Assembly: GCF_009914755.1 (NCBI RefSeq)
Contig: NC_060941.1
Source of the DNA: the human T2T-CHM13v2.0 reference genome, Homo sapiens
Length of the DNA: 64,000 bases
Strand: one strand, 5' to 3'
A program made the translations under genes and the position numbers. This document shows, piece after piece, positions 1 through 36,195 of this stretch. Within the stretch, counting starts at the first letter, position 1. Every line of letters begins with the position of its first letter. The notes under the pieces are model-generated. The model searched no databases. It had not been told where the DNA came from and was given only the letters and a program-made list of their open reading frames with translations.

Positions 1-1355
<1,355 letters not shown>

Positions 1356-2049
1356 CAAGACTCTATAGGAATGACTGATAAACCAGAATTAAAGCTCAAA
1401 GTCACGACAAGGGTGCCAAAGGGAAACACTTGTATGGTATATTTTTCCCTAATCTTCAAAATGACTGCTCCATCATTTATGGTTTAGGATGTTTGGGTTG
1501 TATGTTCTGGGAGTAGAGAGCTGGAAAGAAGGGGCAAGTTGTTAATTTTTCATACTGATGGGGTAGCACATGGTAGAAAAAGTAAAAAGCCAAAATCCTG
1601 AAAAAGTTTCACACACATAGACAAAATGAGACAGCAAACTTGTGAATCGAGCATGATTTGGCATCTTTAAATGCACAGCCAATTCCCTTCTAGTGCCAAA
1701 GCCAATGGCTTCTCCTGTAGATAAAATGGCACGGTTCCTGAAAAAGCCCTGGACGCTGTTTCCCCACAATCCTATAATCTGTCAGAAGACAGAAAACAAA
1801 AAGAAGGCTGTGCAAGCCAGAAAAAGCAAATTATAACCAACACAGAGCCAACACTTTACTTCAGACAGAAGGAGCTTTTCTATGCATCTTTGGAAAGGAA
1901 GAGACAAAAGAAGCTTACCATTGCTCAAATAATCAAGGCAAACAATAAAACAATTTAACCAAACACCATCTGGGATTAGCATTCAATGCAATAGCCTCCC
2001 TTCTCACTTCTTATTCATAGCCTTAAGGAATACTAACATCACATAAAAA

Positions 2050-2185
2050 AGAGTTGAATGCCACAATATACAAAGAACTCTTATAACTAAATAAGAGGAA
2101 GACAAATAACCAAAGGGGAAAATATTCAAAGAATATGAGATACTAAATCACAGAAGAAATACATAAAGTCAAAAATTATATATAT
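2050..2185 (+). mobile_element. Old L1M ORF2-derived fragment
   Basis: ATATACAAAGAACTCTTATAACTAAATAAGAGGAAGACAAATAACC resembles L1 ORF2 3' region. Confidence 0.55.
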
Positions 2186-3404
2186 ATTCCATTTTGTTAG
2201 GTAGTGGTGGAAAGTGCCTTCTCCATACAGTCCTAAAGGCATTTTGTCTTCATAGTACTGCCAACTGCAAGCTTCCAGAGAAACTTGGGCTATTTTGAAT
2301 GAAAAAAATAATGATAAAGATGTCAAGCATAAGTAATACATTCCTAAAAATATTTAGAAGTTTTATGAAATACCTAATCTAGGAAGGAAACTATTCAATA
2401 TAATGGATACATATAAGCTACAAATTAAATCCAAGAGAACTAAAATATGAATATAAAATGAACCTTTGCCTATGAATGTAAAACAGTTGAAGCCAATCCC
2501 TAAGCCTAGAATGAACAAAGCTGATGATGAAAGCAAATAACAGGGAGTCTTACTACAACCACAGAAATAAAACGTCTCTAAGAAAATAAAATTACTCAAC
2601 TGTCTTTGCTGTGAAAGCATGTCATTCAAGGACCCTTTTAGCAGTCACCAAATGCAAATGCAAAAGCAGATAATGCCTGAGTCCAGCAAAAGCAAGTACA
2701 GTCTTCCCATCAAAGAGGAAAAGAAACCTAAGCCTTTCACTTGTCCTTGATACAAAAAGGTAAATGGATTGTGAAAGAACTCAAATTCCAGAAAAAAAGA
2801 TTCCAGTCCAACCTGCATAAAGCTAAAAAAACTTCATGTTACTTTGTTCTAAAATTAGCAACACACAGGTCCCTATACTAAAAACAATATATACGATCCC
2901 AGGTGAGGTGTCAGGGTAAAGTTCCCAGCACGTCAGCAGACTATCCCATAACCATTTCAGTTTTCCCTTTTTGGCTTTTAGACAACATCCCAATTTTCCT
3001 CGATTGTTAATGTCACTTAAAAGGCTGAGAAAAATTTAGTTCAACAGATTCAAATTTCAATGTAGTTCCTAAGTACATTACAGGTAATGATGCCACTGAT
3101 TCTATATTTAGACTCTGGTATGGAACAAGGAGTGTTAGTTTTGTCTAAAATGGTACCATGTCACTCTTCAAAGCCTAACTGCAACAATCACCTAATCCTG
3201 CATTAAAATGTCTTTAAGGTGTTACCTATAGCAAGTTAAAATGTTTTTTCAGTGTCTTTTGTGTGTGAGTGTTTCTATTGATTGGCTGTGATGCTATAAA
3301 TATAGACACAATAAGTCACTCCCATCAGGCCTTTAAACATTCAGCAATGCAAGTACCATAAGGTGGAATTCATTCCTCATCTGAACCAAAAAGCAAAAAT
3401 GGTA

Positions 3405-5840
<2,436 letters not shown>

Positions 5841-5959
5841 ACATATTCAACTGGAATACAAACAGGTAAGTACTTAGTTACAATGACACAGGAAGTTTTC
5901 AAGGAAACTGGGTGCCAAAACCTGTTACCAAACAAAAACAAAAAAAATGATCAAATGTT

Positions 5960-9590
<3,631 letters not shown>

Positions 9591-10169
9591 GCAGGCTTAG
9601 TTGTTAGGTGCTGAAGTTAAAAAGGTGAAAAAGGGCCAGGCACTCACCACCTGTAATCCCAGCACTTTGCGAGGCTGAGGTGGGAAGATCACTTGAGGCC
9701 AGGAGCTTGAGACCAGCATTGGCAATATAGCAAGACCTTGTCTTTGCCAAAAAAATTTTTTTTTTCATTAGCCAGGCACAGTGGCTAGTGTCTATTGTCC
9801 TAGCTACTTGGGAGGCTGACACGAGAGGATCATTTAGGCCCAGGAGTTTGAGGTTGCAGTGAGCTATAACAGCACCACTATACTCTAGCCTGGTGGAGAA
9901 TTAAACTCTGTCTCAAAAAAAGAAAAAAACAGCCTGGACAACATATTGAAACCCCATCTCCACAAAAAATTTTAAAAATTAACTTGCACGCTGGCTTGCA
10001 TCTGTAGTCCTAGCTACTTGGGAGGCTGAGGCAGGAGGATTGCTTGAGCCCAAGACTTTAGAAGCTGCAGTGAGCTATGACAGTGCCATGGCACTCCAAG
10101 CCTGGGTAACACAGTGAGATCTTGTCTATTGAAAAAAAAAGAAAAAGTGAAAAAGGAATAACCCCTACC

Positions 10170-11005
<836 letters not shown>

Positions 11006-11544
11006 TAGCTAGGTAAGAGGGAAACCTTGTCTCAAAAAAACAAAGTGAGCTGGGCACAGAGGCTCACACCTGCAACCCCAGCAGTTTGGGAGGCTGTGGT
11101 GACCAGATCACTTGATCCCAGGAGTTCACGACCACCCTGGGCAACATGGCAAAACCCCATCTCTAAAAAAAAATACCCACAAAAAATTAGCCAGGCATGG
11201 TGGCGCACCATCTGTAGTGCCAGCTACTCAAGAGGCTTAGGTGGGAGGATCGCTTGAGCCCAAAGGCATAGGTTGCAGTGAACTGTGATTGTGCCACTGC
11301 ACTCCAGCCTGAGCTACAGAGAAGACTCTGTCACGAAAAAAAAAAAAACAAAAAACATACAACTGCATTTCTAAGTAAAATAAATTCAAAAGGATTTAAA
11401 TTTTCTAGACTTTTCACTTTTAATTATGTAAAATGTATTAAAAAAGAAAATTAAGCTAAAAATTCAAATGTATTTAGGGAATTACATTTCTGGAATTAGT
11501 CTTTAAAGTCTCTCTTCTCTGCCCCAGACAAAAATAACATTCTT

Positions 11545-14454
<2,910 letters not shown>

Positions 14455-15905
14455 TAGAGATGGGATTTCACCATGTTTCCCAGGCTGGTCTCGAACCCTG
14501 GGAACTCCTAGGCTCAAGCAATACACCCACCTCTGCCTCCCAAAGTGCTGAGATTACAGGCATGAACCACCATGCCTGACCATGTCAAAGACTTTTTAAA
14601 CTTTCCCACAAAGTGTCTACTTTTAAGTAGGGGTTAGCTTCCTAGATTTACTTAAAGAAAAAAACAATGCTGGGCCGAGTGCAGTGGCTCACGCCTGTAA
14701 TCCCAGCACTTTGGGAGGCCGAGGAGGGCAGATCACAAGGTGATGAGATCGAGACCATCCTGGCTAACACGGTGAAACCCCGTCTCAACTAAAAATACAA
14801 AAAAATTAGCCAGGCGTGGTGGCAGGCACCTGTAGTCCCAGCAACTCAGGAGGCTGAGGCAGAAGAAAGGCATGAACCCGGGAGGCGGAGCTTGCCGTGA
14901 GCCGAGATCGCGCCACTGCACTCCAGCCTGGGCAACACAGCAAGACTCCATCTCAAAAAAAATAAAATAAAAATAAAAAATAATAAAGAAAAAAACAATG
15001 GAGGTATTAGGAGGATTAGAAATCTAATATCTATTTTTCAAGATTCTAAAGTTTTACTTGCACAGCTGTTCTGAGATTTCCTGCAGTTGTCCAGAAGAAA
15101 AGAAAAATGTTTTATTTAAAGATATGTATTATTGTTTAGTACAACAGAGTTGAAAACCCATTTTTCATAAAAGACAAGCTATTCATTCCAAACAGATAAA
15201 ATGTTAAGCTTCTTGCACTTTACAAACAATGGTCCCTCTGCTGCCAATGATCTTCCTCTGACTCTTCACCTAAATCGTACACATCCTTCAGGTCTTACTT
15301 TGGACAATCCTCCATGCACAAGCCTTCCTTGATTCTCCCCAAATATGGGTTAAGGGTTAACATATTTCCATTACACCCTAAAGACCTCTATCATCACTCT
15401 TAACTCTATAATTGAGAGTTAACTTGTTTCTCCCATCAGGACATAAACTCTGGGTATGAAGGAGAAAACACTAAATATTTACATTTTAGCTCCTAGCAGA
15501 GACAGAGAAATACATAAGTCTGTTTTGAATGACCAATTGCTTTGAATAACAGCAAGAAGGGGGAGAAGTTGAAAATAGGATGTCCTACCTTGCAAACAAG
15601 CTACAAAAAGAATCCTCCAAAAAAGTGGAAAGTGATACCAGTTAAAAAAGAAAGGCTGGGCACAGTGGCTCACACCTAAAATCCTAGCACTTTGGGAGGC
15701 TGAGCCAGGAGGATCACTTGAGGCCAGGATTTTGAGACCACCCTGAGCAACACAGTTAAGACTCTGTCTCTATTAAAAAAAAAAAAAAAAAAAAAAGGAA
15801 AGGGGCCAGGCACGGTGACTCAGGCCTGTAATCCCAGCACTTTGGGAGGCTGAGGCAGGCGGATAACAAGGTCAGGAGTTCGAGACCTGGTGAAACCTGG
15901 TCTCA

Positions 15906-16157
<252 letters not shown>

Positions 16158-17479
16158 TCACCTGAGGTCAGGAGTTCGAGACTACCCTGGCCAACATGGT
16201 GAAACCCCGTCTCTACTAAAAATACAAAAATTAGCTAGGCGTGGTGGTGTGCGCCTGTAGTCCCAGCTACTTGGGAGAGGCAGGAGAATTCCTTGAACCC
16301 AGGAGACTGAGGTTGCAGTCAGCTGAGATCGTGCCACTGTACTCCAGCCTGGGCAACAGAGTGAGACTTTGTCTCAAAAAAAAAAAAAAAAAAGAAGTTC
16401 ACAGAAAAAAAAAATTGAAAAATAAGGAAAAGGACTAGCACTGTACTATGAAGTAGTAGTTGTCATGCCACATTCCTGCAAAACTAATCTCTCAAAAAGA
16501 TACGAATGAACAACATATAAAGCAACTGAAGCTTGGACTCACAGAGTCATCAAGCTGACTTTCACTACTAATATGCTAATGACTACTAAATCTGTATCTC
16601 CCTTCTGAACCTTTCTACTCAAGACCTAGGTATATCTGGAAGCCTATTGGATTTCCCAGATACCTCAAATCCTATATACCAAAATCAAACTTATTTCCTT
16701 CAAATGTAATACCCTCTTTTACTCTTGTATTCCGTAACTTGGTTAATGACATCACATTCCACTTAGTTGTCCATGCCAGCAATTTCAACTCCATCTTTGA
16801 CAACTCCTTCTTCTTTACCCGTCCTCCAATATAAAGTCAATGAGATCCTTTTAGTTACTCTCCTAAAAAGTTCTCCAATCGGTCTACAATTCCACCATGA
16901 CTACTGTACCTGATTTCGTCAATCTCTCAAGTCATCACACCATTCTCCCAACCAACTAGTCTCCCTACAATCAATTGTGCCTTTTAAAGTCTAACTTCTA
17001 TACTGTCAACAGAGTTACTTCTACTTAAATAGTGATCTAAACATGTTCCTTACCTGGTTTAAAAACTCTTCCATGACTCCTCAGCACCTACAAAATAAAA
17101 TTCAGACCCCTTACTAAGGTCATCCATAACTGGATTCCAACCCATCTCACCTCACTTTCTTCTACTCCTTCCTCATACCCCATGATCCTGCCACATTAAA
17201 CTAGTCCACATGTCCATACTTCTTGCACATCTGTATCTTGTACAAGCTATTTTCTGCACTTCAAACAGTAACTTTTCCAATCCTTTTTTTTGCTGACTCA
17301 GCCAAATTGTATTCCTCCTTCAAGACCCAACTGACTCTTTCTCTAGGAAGTCTTCTCTAACTTTCCCCTCCCACTACAAGGCAGAACTAATGTTCCCATA
17401 GCACTTAGTACAGATCTCTATTACAGCACTTATTGTACTGACTCAGAACTATTTATGTGTTGGTCTCTAATTAAAATGT

Positions 17480-17836
<357 letters not shown>

Positions 17837-18696
17837 TGGAGTCACGCTCTATCGCCCAGGCTAGAGTGCAGTGGCGTGATCTCAGCTCACTGCAACTTTC
17901 ACCTCCCGGGTTCAAGCAATTCTCAATCCTAGCCTCCTGAGTAGCTGGGATTACAGGCACCTGCCACCACGCCTGGCTAATTTTTAGTAGAGACGGGGTC
18001 TCACCATCTTGGCCAGGATGGTATTGAACTCCTGACCTCATGATCCGCCCACCTCGGCCTCCCAAAGTGCTGGGATTACAGGTGTAAGCCACTGCATCTG
18101 GCCAACAGTGAACTCTTTAAAAATGATTTTGTCATTTATATTTTAATTCCCTCCCAGCGCCTAGTACAAGACATAACACATGGTAGACACTTAAATATTT
18201 GCTGAAGTTGACTGCTGAAAGGATCAACTCCAACATTTTTTCAATGAGGCCACAGAATCCAAAAAGCTTACGATTCAAGCCTAGTTATGGCTTACTGGTA
18301 GAAAAAAAGACATTACACAAATTCGCAAATTGATACTTATGTTGTTTCTAGATTTGCATATTTTTCCCAACTAGTTTCAGGGTTAGTTCCCAGAAAATTG
18401 GTAACCAAGTAAATCTTTTAAACAAAACAGTTTTTTGTTGTTGTTTTAAATAGGGTCTCACTCTGTCGCCCAGGCTGGAGTGCAATAGCGAGTTTACAGC
18501 TCAGATTACTGCTCACTACATCCTTCATCTCTTGTACTCAAGTGATCCTCCCACCTCAGCCTCCCAAGTACCTGGGACTATAGGTGCATGCCACCACACC
18601 CGGCTCATTTTTTTTTATTTTTTTGTAAAGAGAGGGTTTCACCTTATTGCCCAGGCTGGTCTGGAACTCCTGGGCTCAGGTGATCCTCCTGCCTAG

Positions 18697-19038
<342 letters not shown>

Positions 19039-19189
19039 TAAGCCACAGCGCCTGGCCCTAAATCACTTCTTAAATGACCTATATTTTCCCATGAAATAGT
19101 ATGATCCAGTGTTGTACCAAACCACCATTTAATAATTGAGCCAGCATACGCCTGTAATCCCAGCACTTTGGGAGGCCATGAGGCGGGCT

Positions 19190-19659
19190 TGTAGCAGGAC
19201 AAGCCACAGACAAAACCCCTCAGATGCTGAGTTAAAGAAGGAAGGGCTTTATTCGGCCGGGAGCTTCGGCAAGACTCACGTCTCCAACAACCGAGCTCCC
19301 CAAGTGAGCAATTCCTGTCCCTTTTAAGGGATCACAACTCTAAGGGGGTCTGCGTGAGAGGGTCGTGATCGATTGAGCAAGCAGGGGGTACGTGACTGGG
19401 GGCTGCATGCACCAGTAATTGGAACGGAACAGAACAGGATGGGGATTTTCACAGTGCTTTTCTATACAATGTCTGTAATCTATAGATAACATAACCTATT
19501 AGGTCAGGGGTCGATCTTTAACTACCAGGCCCAGGGTGTGGCGCCGGGCTGTCTACTGGTGGATTTCGTTTCTGCCTTTTAGTTTTTACTTCTTTCTTTG
19601 GAGGCAGATATTGGGCATAAGACCCATATTGGGCATAAGAGGGGTGGGCTCCTCCCTTA
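19190..19659 (-). mobile_element. Solo LTR2-family LTR (HERV-E/Harlequin, ERV1) inserted into an Alu
   Basis: Reverse complement runs TAAGGGAGGAG.CCACCCCT...GTCCTGCTACA, matching the LTR2 termini; Alu left arm is split at GGCGGGCT|...|AGCTGATCACCTGAGG with imperfect 4-bp TSD GGCT/AGCT. Confidence 0.9.
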
Positions 19660-19663
19660 AGCT

Positions 19664-24445
<4,782 letters not shown>

Positions 24446-25451
24446 TTCTCAACTCGTTAAAGCACATTAGTGCCAACTGTGTTATAAGGCAACATGAGTT
24501 AGCTATGTTCAGAAAATATTTTAATAGATTGGCCCTCCATCCTTTCGGGTGAGGAGCTGCAAACCGTTTGTAAAAACGCCGGAGTACGGTATTTTTCCTA
24601 CAGAAGTCTGATGGCTAATTTATCACATTACAGAACTGGTAGTTCTGCACATGGTCTGCTGTGCCCATAAAGAAAGCACATATGTGTCTACTGAGGTTTT
24701 ACAAACAATACGCTTCTTATCTTAACAGAGAAATCAGTCATTCCATTAACAACGGTAAGGTCTAAATTCCACTAACATTGTTGGTGATACATTAACATCA
24801 ACATAGTACTTACAATTCACAATTTGCATAAACAATCTCAATTACATAGGTGATGCTTGCAATAGCCCGTTTGAAGCATGACATCTTCCTGGTGTTCAGA
24901 AAGGTTAAGTGGGACCTGCCCAAGGTTACCTAACAGCTTTATCAATGGTGGACTTCCTTTCGAACCTGCCTGACTCTAAGCCCCTAGCTCTTTTCCCTAG
25001 ACCCCTCCCGGCTTTCAAAAGAGGGTTCCCGACTCCCATCCTCTACCCAGAGCAGCCTATTACTCCGGGAGACCGACCCTTCCCCTGCCTGGTTCAGAGG
25101 TGGCTTCTTAAGCTCCAGCAGAGCTTTCATCCTCCACCACCCTCCCCCCGCAATCATTCTCTGAAAGAAGCGGAAAGGAGAGGCGACCAAAAGCTCCTGG
25201 AGGAAGGGATGATACAAATGGGCTGCTTCACTCCACAGCACGCAACCCCGTCCCCCTCCACCAAGCTGTCCAGCTCTGCGGCCGGCGACCGGGCCACCCG
25301 TGCCCCAAATTCTCCCATCATCACCTCAAACTGTACCTCCCCCACGCCCTTCCGTCTCCCACAGTCAGAGCCCACCCCACAAAGTCATGTATCCTTCCGC
25401 TAAGTTACCCTCTTCCCACGCGTTGTCCACTCCCCCTCCACCACTACTCAC

Positions 25452-25600
25452 GGTCGGTGACTGGGCCCGGCCCTCATGGCTGCTCCTTTGCCGCCCGCCG
25501 CCCGCCGCCCGCCGCCACCACTTCTCCACTGCCCGGCCCCTCAGTCACCGGCGCAGCTGTGGGGACTACCCGGAGCCGCTCCTGCGCCTGCGCAGCGTGT
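25452..25600 (-). other. FAM222B: FAM222B first exon (5' end approximate)
   Basis: Plus-strand ACTCAC at 25446-25451 = GTGAGT donor on minus; GC-rich; NRF1-like sites lie at or just beyond its 5' end. Confidence 0.65.
25490..25516. repeat. (GCCGCCC)x~4 GC-rich microrepeat in the FAM222B first exon
   Basis: GCCGCCC GCCGCCC GCCGCCC GCCGCC read directly. Confidence 0.85.
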
Positions 25601-26174
25601 AGCGCCTGGGCCCTTTCGGGCCGCACGCGCCTGCGCAGCCCCTGCCGGCGGCGTCTTCCTCAGTGCCTGATGGTCTGGACCCCTGGGTCTCTAGTGGACA
25701 TGGGAGCTGGCCTTGAAGAATTCTGAGGCTTAGAGAATTTGGCGGCTGCCTCAGGGTACGCCTCTGGAGTACCGTGCCTAGGTTACTAAACCCTTGGATC
25801 GCGCTTCCCCAAGGAGCCACAGACTTACTGGCTCTTCCAGAATTCTGCATCCTACTTGCACTTAAAGGCCTGAATTCAGGTGCTCTGAGGTGACCACTGA
25901 TGATAAATTTGGGTTTTTTTTTTTTTTTTCTGAGTCGAAGTTTCGCTCTTGTTGTCCAGGTTGGAGTGCAATGGCGTGATCTCGGCTCAAACAACCTCCG
26001 CCTCCCGGGTTCAAGCGATTCTCCTGCCTCAGCCTCCCGAGTAGCTGGGATTACAGGCATGCACCACCACGCCCAGCTAATTTTGTATTTTTAGTAGAGA
26101 CGGGGTTTTATCATGTTGGTCAGGCTGGTCTCGAACTCCCGACCTCAGGTGATCCACCCACCTCAGCCTTCTAA

Positions 26175-26521
<347 letters not shown>

Positions 26522-27153
26522 TAAAATTTGGGTCTCTTTCAAGATGATCGTGTCTAGAATGTATCGGGGGTAATTATGTAAAGGCAGCTTTGCCATCCTA
26601 GAATACGCTACTAGCTAGGAGGTGCAATGAAGTCCTGGGGACCTTGTCAAGGAGGTGACCTCGCCTAGAATGCACTGGGGACACCGCTAAGTTCAGTATG
26701 TTTATCAAGCACATGCTGTTTATTGGACAGAAATGTTCTAGGCATCGCGTGTATGCTATTGAGGAATTCGCAGGCAAATAGTCCCCTGCTTTCCAGCTCT
26801 CACTGTGAGCCTGGCCCTTTTTCAAACTGGTAAAAGAAAACCACTAAAGTCCAGTGAGGCCCAACTGTCAGTCCCTAGACTACTGTGCTGCTTTGGCATA
26901 GCCTGACAAGAGACTAAGCTCAATCGAGTCCTGAGAATTCAACAAAACAGACTTGAAAGCAGCAGGCAAGAGGAGGTACAGGACTAAACTCTCTCCTCAT
27001 CACCATGGCTCTTTTTTCTCTCTCAACTCCAGCGCTGGTCTCCTCTCTTCAGAGTTTGGACACATAAGGCCCAAGATACAACGTAAGGGGGAAAAAGAGA
27101 AGAAAAAAAGACAAGTTGAGTGCTCAATGAGGAATGTTAAAAAAATTTAAATA

Positions 27154-30830
<3,677 letters not shown>

Positions 30831-31389
30831 TGAACCCTAGAGCGGTGTCTGGCACATAGCAAGTACTCAATAGATTTTTGTTCAGGAGCGAATAAATGAC
30901 ATCTTTCTCTGGGTTGGCTCTCCCCTTCTGGTATCAACATGACTGCAGCAGCTCCAGATATTATGTCTTCTTACATCCAGCTCCAGTGGGAAAGAAGCAA
31001 AATTCTCCTTGTACGTTTTATCTCCCTGGGTTATGTGCCCATCTCTAAAACAATCATCATGGGCTAGAGAATGTTATACGCTGATTGAGTTGGTTCCGAG
31101 TTGTGTGCTCCTTGCCTGGGGTGAGCCTCATCCAACCACATGGTCTGAGTTTGCAGTAGGGGTGTTTCTATGGATAACTATATTGTATATAATGAATTAA
31201 TGATTGGCAGGGGAAAAATCCACTATTCTGCCCTTGGTAAGAAATTCAAGTAGGGGCCCGGGCACGGTGGCTCACGCCTGTAATCGCAGCACTTTGGGAG
31301 GCTGAGGAAGGTGGATCACGAGGTCAGGAATTCAAGACCAGCCTGGCCAAGGTGGTGAAAGTGTGTCTCTACTAAAAATAAAAAAATTA

Positions 31390-31552
<163 letters not shown>

Positions 31553-31624
31553 TCAAGTAGGGAAATGGCTCAGAAGACCCGCAGTGGTTCAAATATAGGA
31601 ATATATGTTGTTGTCATATAGTCT

Positions 31625-31639
31625 CCAGCAGGGGGCGCC
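31625..31639 (+). promoter_or_regulatory. CTCF-binding motif
   Basis: CCAGCAGGGGGCGCC matches the CCASYAGRKGGCRS core. Confidence 0.7.
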
Positions 31640-31756
31640 ACCTTCCCCTCTCCCCTGGGAGCCAAGAGTCTAGACTGGGCCACCAGCCCATACCCCTAGT
31701 CCTGGCAGCACTGATTCCCCACCAGAACTGAGCTCATGTTAAGTGGGGGATGACCC

Positions 31757-32050
<294 letters not shown>

Positions 32051-32971
32051 AAGTGGGGGATGACCCAAGAAAGCACTGTAATTGACACTTAGCGATTTTC
32101 TACTCTTCGGACCCGGGGCCATGGAGCCTTGAGTAGAGTTGTTTTTTTTAAATCAGCATATCAACTTATTTTCTCTTCTACCCCAATTCCTTCCCTGCTA
32201 TTCTCTACACTCCAGGAACTCACCAGCAGGGAGCAGGCCGCAGCTAATTTTGGTACCACTTAAGGGTTGCCCATTCTGGCCCCCCTTCTACTCTCTCACC
32301 CTCAAATCTTTGTATCTGGAGTGTTTTCTTCCAAGAAGCTGCAACACCCAAGGTTGGTAACTCTCATAACCAACCCACACAAGCGCCCACCTCCTCTTTA
32401 GGAAGTGGCCAAATTTGGCATTTTTTTCATTACAGCCTGCCATTCCTAGATGTTTTCTACATTAAAGAAGAAGAAAAAAAATCACTGTTTTCTCCTTAAC
32501 TTCAAGCTACCACTCTCTCCTCTTTCCCTATAAGGGAAGAGAAAACAAAAAGTTGAAATGTAAAAATTCCCCTCCTCACCAGGCGCAGTGGCTCACGCCT
32601 GTAATCCCAGCACTTTGGGAGGCCGAGGAGGGCGGATCACCTGAGATTGGGAGTTCGAGACCAGCCTGACCAACATGGAGAAACCCCGTCTCTACTAAAA
32701 ATACAAAAAATTAGCCAGGCGTGGTGGCGCATGCCTGTAATCCCAACTACTCAGGAGGCTAAGGCAGGAGAATCACTTAGAACCCAGGAGGCAGAGGTTG
32801 CAGTGAGCCGAGGTCATGCCATTGCACTCCAACCTGGCCAACAAGAGTGAAACTCTGTCTCAAAAAAAAATTCCCCCTCCTCCCATTATTTAAGCTATTG
32901 TCCTATTGTCATCACTCTCTTCTCTGCCCCATAAAGCTGTGAAGCCCTTTGCCTCACTCTTGATAGCATGA

Positions 32972-33226
<255 letters not shown>

Positions 33227-33634
33227 TGACACCACGCCCGGCTTTTTTGTATTTTTAGTAGAGACAGAGTTTCACCGTGTTAGCCAGGATGGTCTCGATC
33301 TCCTGACCTTGTGATCCGCCCACCTCGGCCTCCCGAAGTGCTGGGATTAGAGGCTTGAGCCACCGCGCCCGGCCGGCCACATGAGTTTCTTTAGAATCCT
33401 TTGGTCAACTGGGACCTTGATTTTGAAACAGTTTAGTCTCGGGTATTTTTGTTCTGTTTGTTCTGTTTGTAGGTTCTGTCTGTTTGCCTATTTTCTTCTG
33501 TCTGTCGGTTTTTGTTGTTTTCATCATTGTGGTTCTAGAAACTTCTCGTGTGCAGTGTCTGACCAATTTTGAACAGGTTCTTTCTATAAAAATCAAAAAT
33601 TGTAAAAAAATGTTCCGCCAGGCATGGCAGCTCA

Positions 33635-33960
<326 letters not shown>

Positions 33961-34011
33961 TCAGCACTTTGGGAGGTCAAAGCAGATGGCTTACTTGAGC
34001 CCAGGAGTTCA

Positions 34012-34351
<340 letters not shown>

Positions 34352-34506
34352 CTATAAAAAATACAGAAATTAGGCTAGGTGCAGTGACTCATCCCTGTAA
34401 TCCCAGCACTTTGGGACGCCAAGGCGGGCAGATCACCGGGTCAGGAGTTTGAGACCAGCCTAGCCAACATGGCGAAACCCTGTCTCTACTAAAAATACAA
34501 AAATTA

Positions 34507-34841
<335 letters not shown>

Positions 34842-34845
34842 TTAA

Positions 34846-34953
<108 letters not shown>

Positions 34954-35139
34954 TAACACAGTAAAACACCGTCTCTACTAAAAATACAAAAAATTAGCCG
35001 GGCATGGTGGTGGGCGCCTGCAGTCTCAGCTACTCGGGAGGCTGAGGCAGGAGAATGGCCTGAACCCGGGAGGCAGAGCCAAGATCGTGCCACTGCACTC
35101 CAGCCTGGGCGACAGAGCGAGACTCTGTCTCCAAAAAAA

Positions 35140-35970
35140 AATGTTCAGGCCAGGTACAGTGACTCACGCCTGTTATCTCAGCACTTTGGGAGATGGAGTA
35201 GGCAGAGTTCAAGACCAACCTGGAATACATGGTGAAACCCCATCTGTACAAAAAAATTACCAAAAAATTAGCCGGGTGTGGTGGCCCGCATCTGTAGTCC
35301 CAGCTACTTGGGAGGCTGAAGAGGGAGGATTGCTTGGGTCTGGGAGGCGGAGGTTGCAGTGAGATTCAACCATTGCACTCCAGCCTAGGGGAGCCAGACT
35401 CCATCTCAGTAAGAATAAAATTTTCCTCTTAAAAAAGAAAAGAAAATCCTCTGTTAACCCCACAGCCCTCTCCTGCTCAATACTGGTCCTCAATATCCAA
35501 GGGTTCAGCATCCAGGAATTCAACCAACTGAAGAAAAAAATATCTGGGGAAAGGCCAAGCATGGTGTCTCATGCCTGTAAACTCGCACTTGGGGAGGCCA
35601 AGGCAGAGGATCACTTGAGGCAAGGAGTTCGTAACCAGCCTGGGCAACATAGTGAGACTCTGTCTCTGCAAAAGATTTAAAAATTAGCACTGGGCGAGGT
35701 GGCTGACGCCTGTAATCCCAGCGCATTGGGAGGTTGAGGTGGGCGGATCACCTGAGGTCGGGAGTTCAAGACCAGCCTGACCAACATGGAGAAACCCCGT
35801 CTCTACTGAAAATACAAAATTAGCCGGGCATGGTGGTGTATGCCTGTGATCCCAGCTACTCGGGAGGCTGAGGCAGGAAAATCACTTCAACCCGGGAAGT
35901 AGAGGTTGCAGTGAGCCAAGATTGCACCATTGCACTGAAGCCTGGGCAACAAGAGTGAAACTCTGTCTCA
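35140..35970 (+). repeat. Local duplication copy 2 (paralogous to ~29170-29995)
   Basis: Same Alu-unique-MER2 end-Alu arrangement; the ORF track also shows near-identical peptides at 29287 and 35257. Confidence 0.9.
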
Positions 35971-36195
35971 AAAAAAAAAAAAAAAGAATTACTAGGCATG
36001 GCAGCGGCAGGTCTGTAGTCACAGCTACTAGCAGGGCTGAGGTGGGAGGAACGCTTGAGACTGGGAGGTCGAGGCTGTAGTGAGCCATGATTGCACCACT
36101 GCACTCCAGTCTGGGTGAGAGAGCAAGACCCTGTCTCAAAAAAATAAAAATAAAAGAAAGAATGGGAGAAGAGAAATTGAGGATAGCCAGAATAT

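Larger units (their letters stand above)
25230..25820. promoter_or_regulatory. CpG island / FAM222B promoter with two NRF1-like motifs (TGCGCCTGCGCA ~25583-25594; CGCGCCTGCGCA ~25626-25637)
   Basis: High CpG density in non-Alu sequence; GCGCnTGCGC repeats match the NRF1 consensus. Confidence 0.75.

Noticed and set aside
24909-26060. Several Pro/Arg-rich ORFs over the CpG island
   Set aside because: Expected from stop-codon scarcity in GC-rich DNA.
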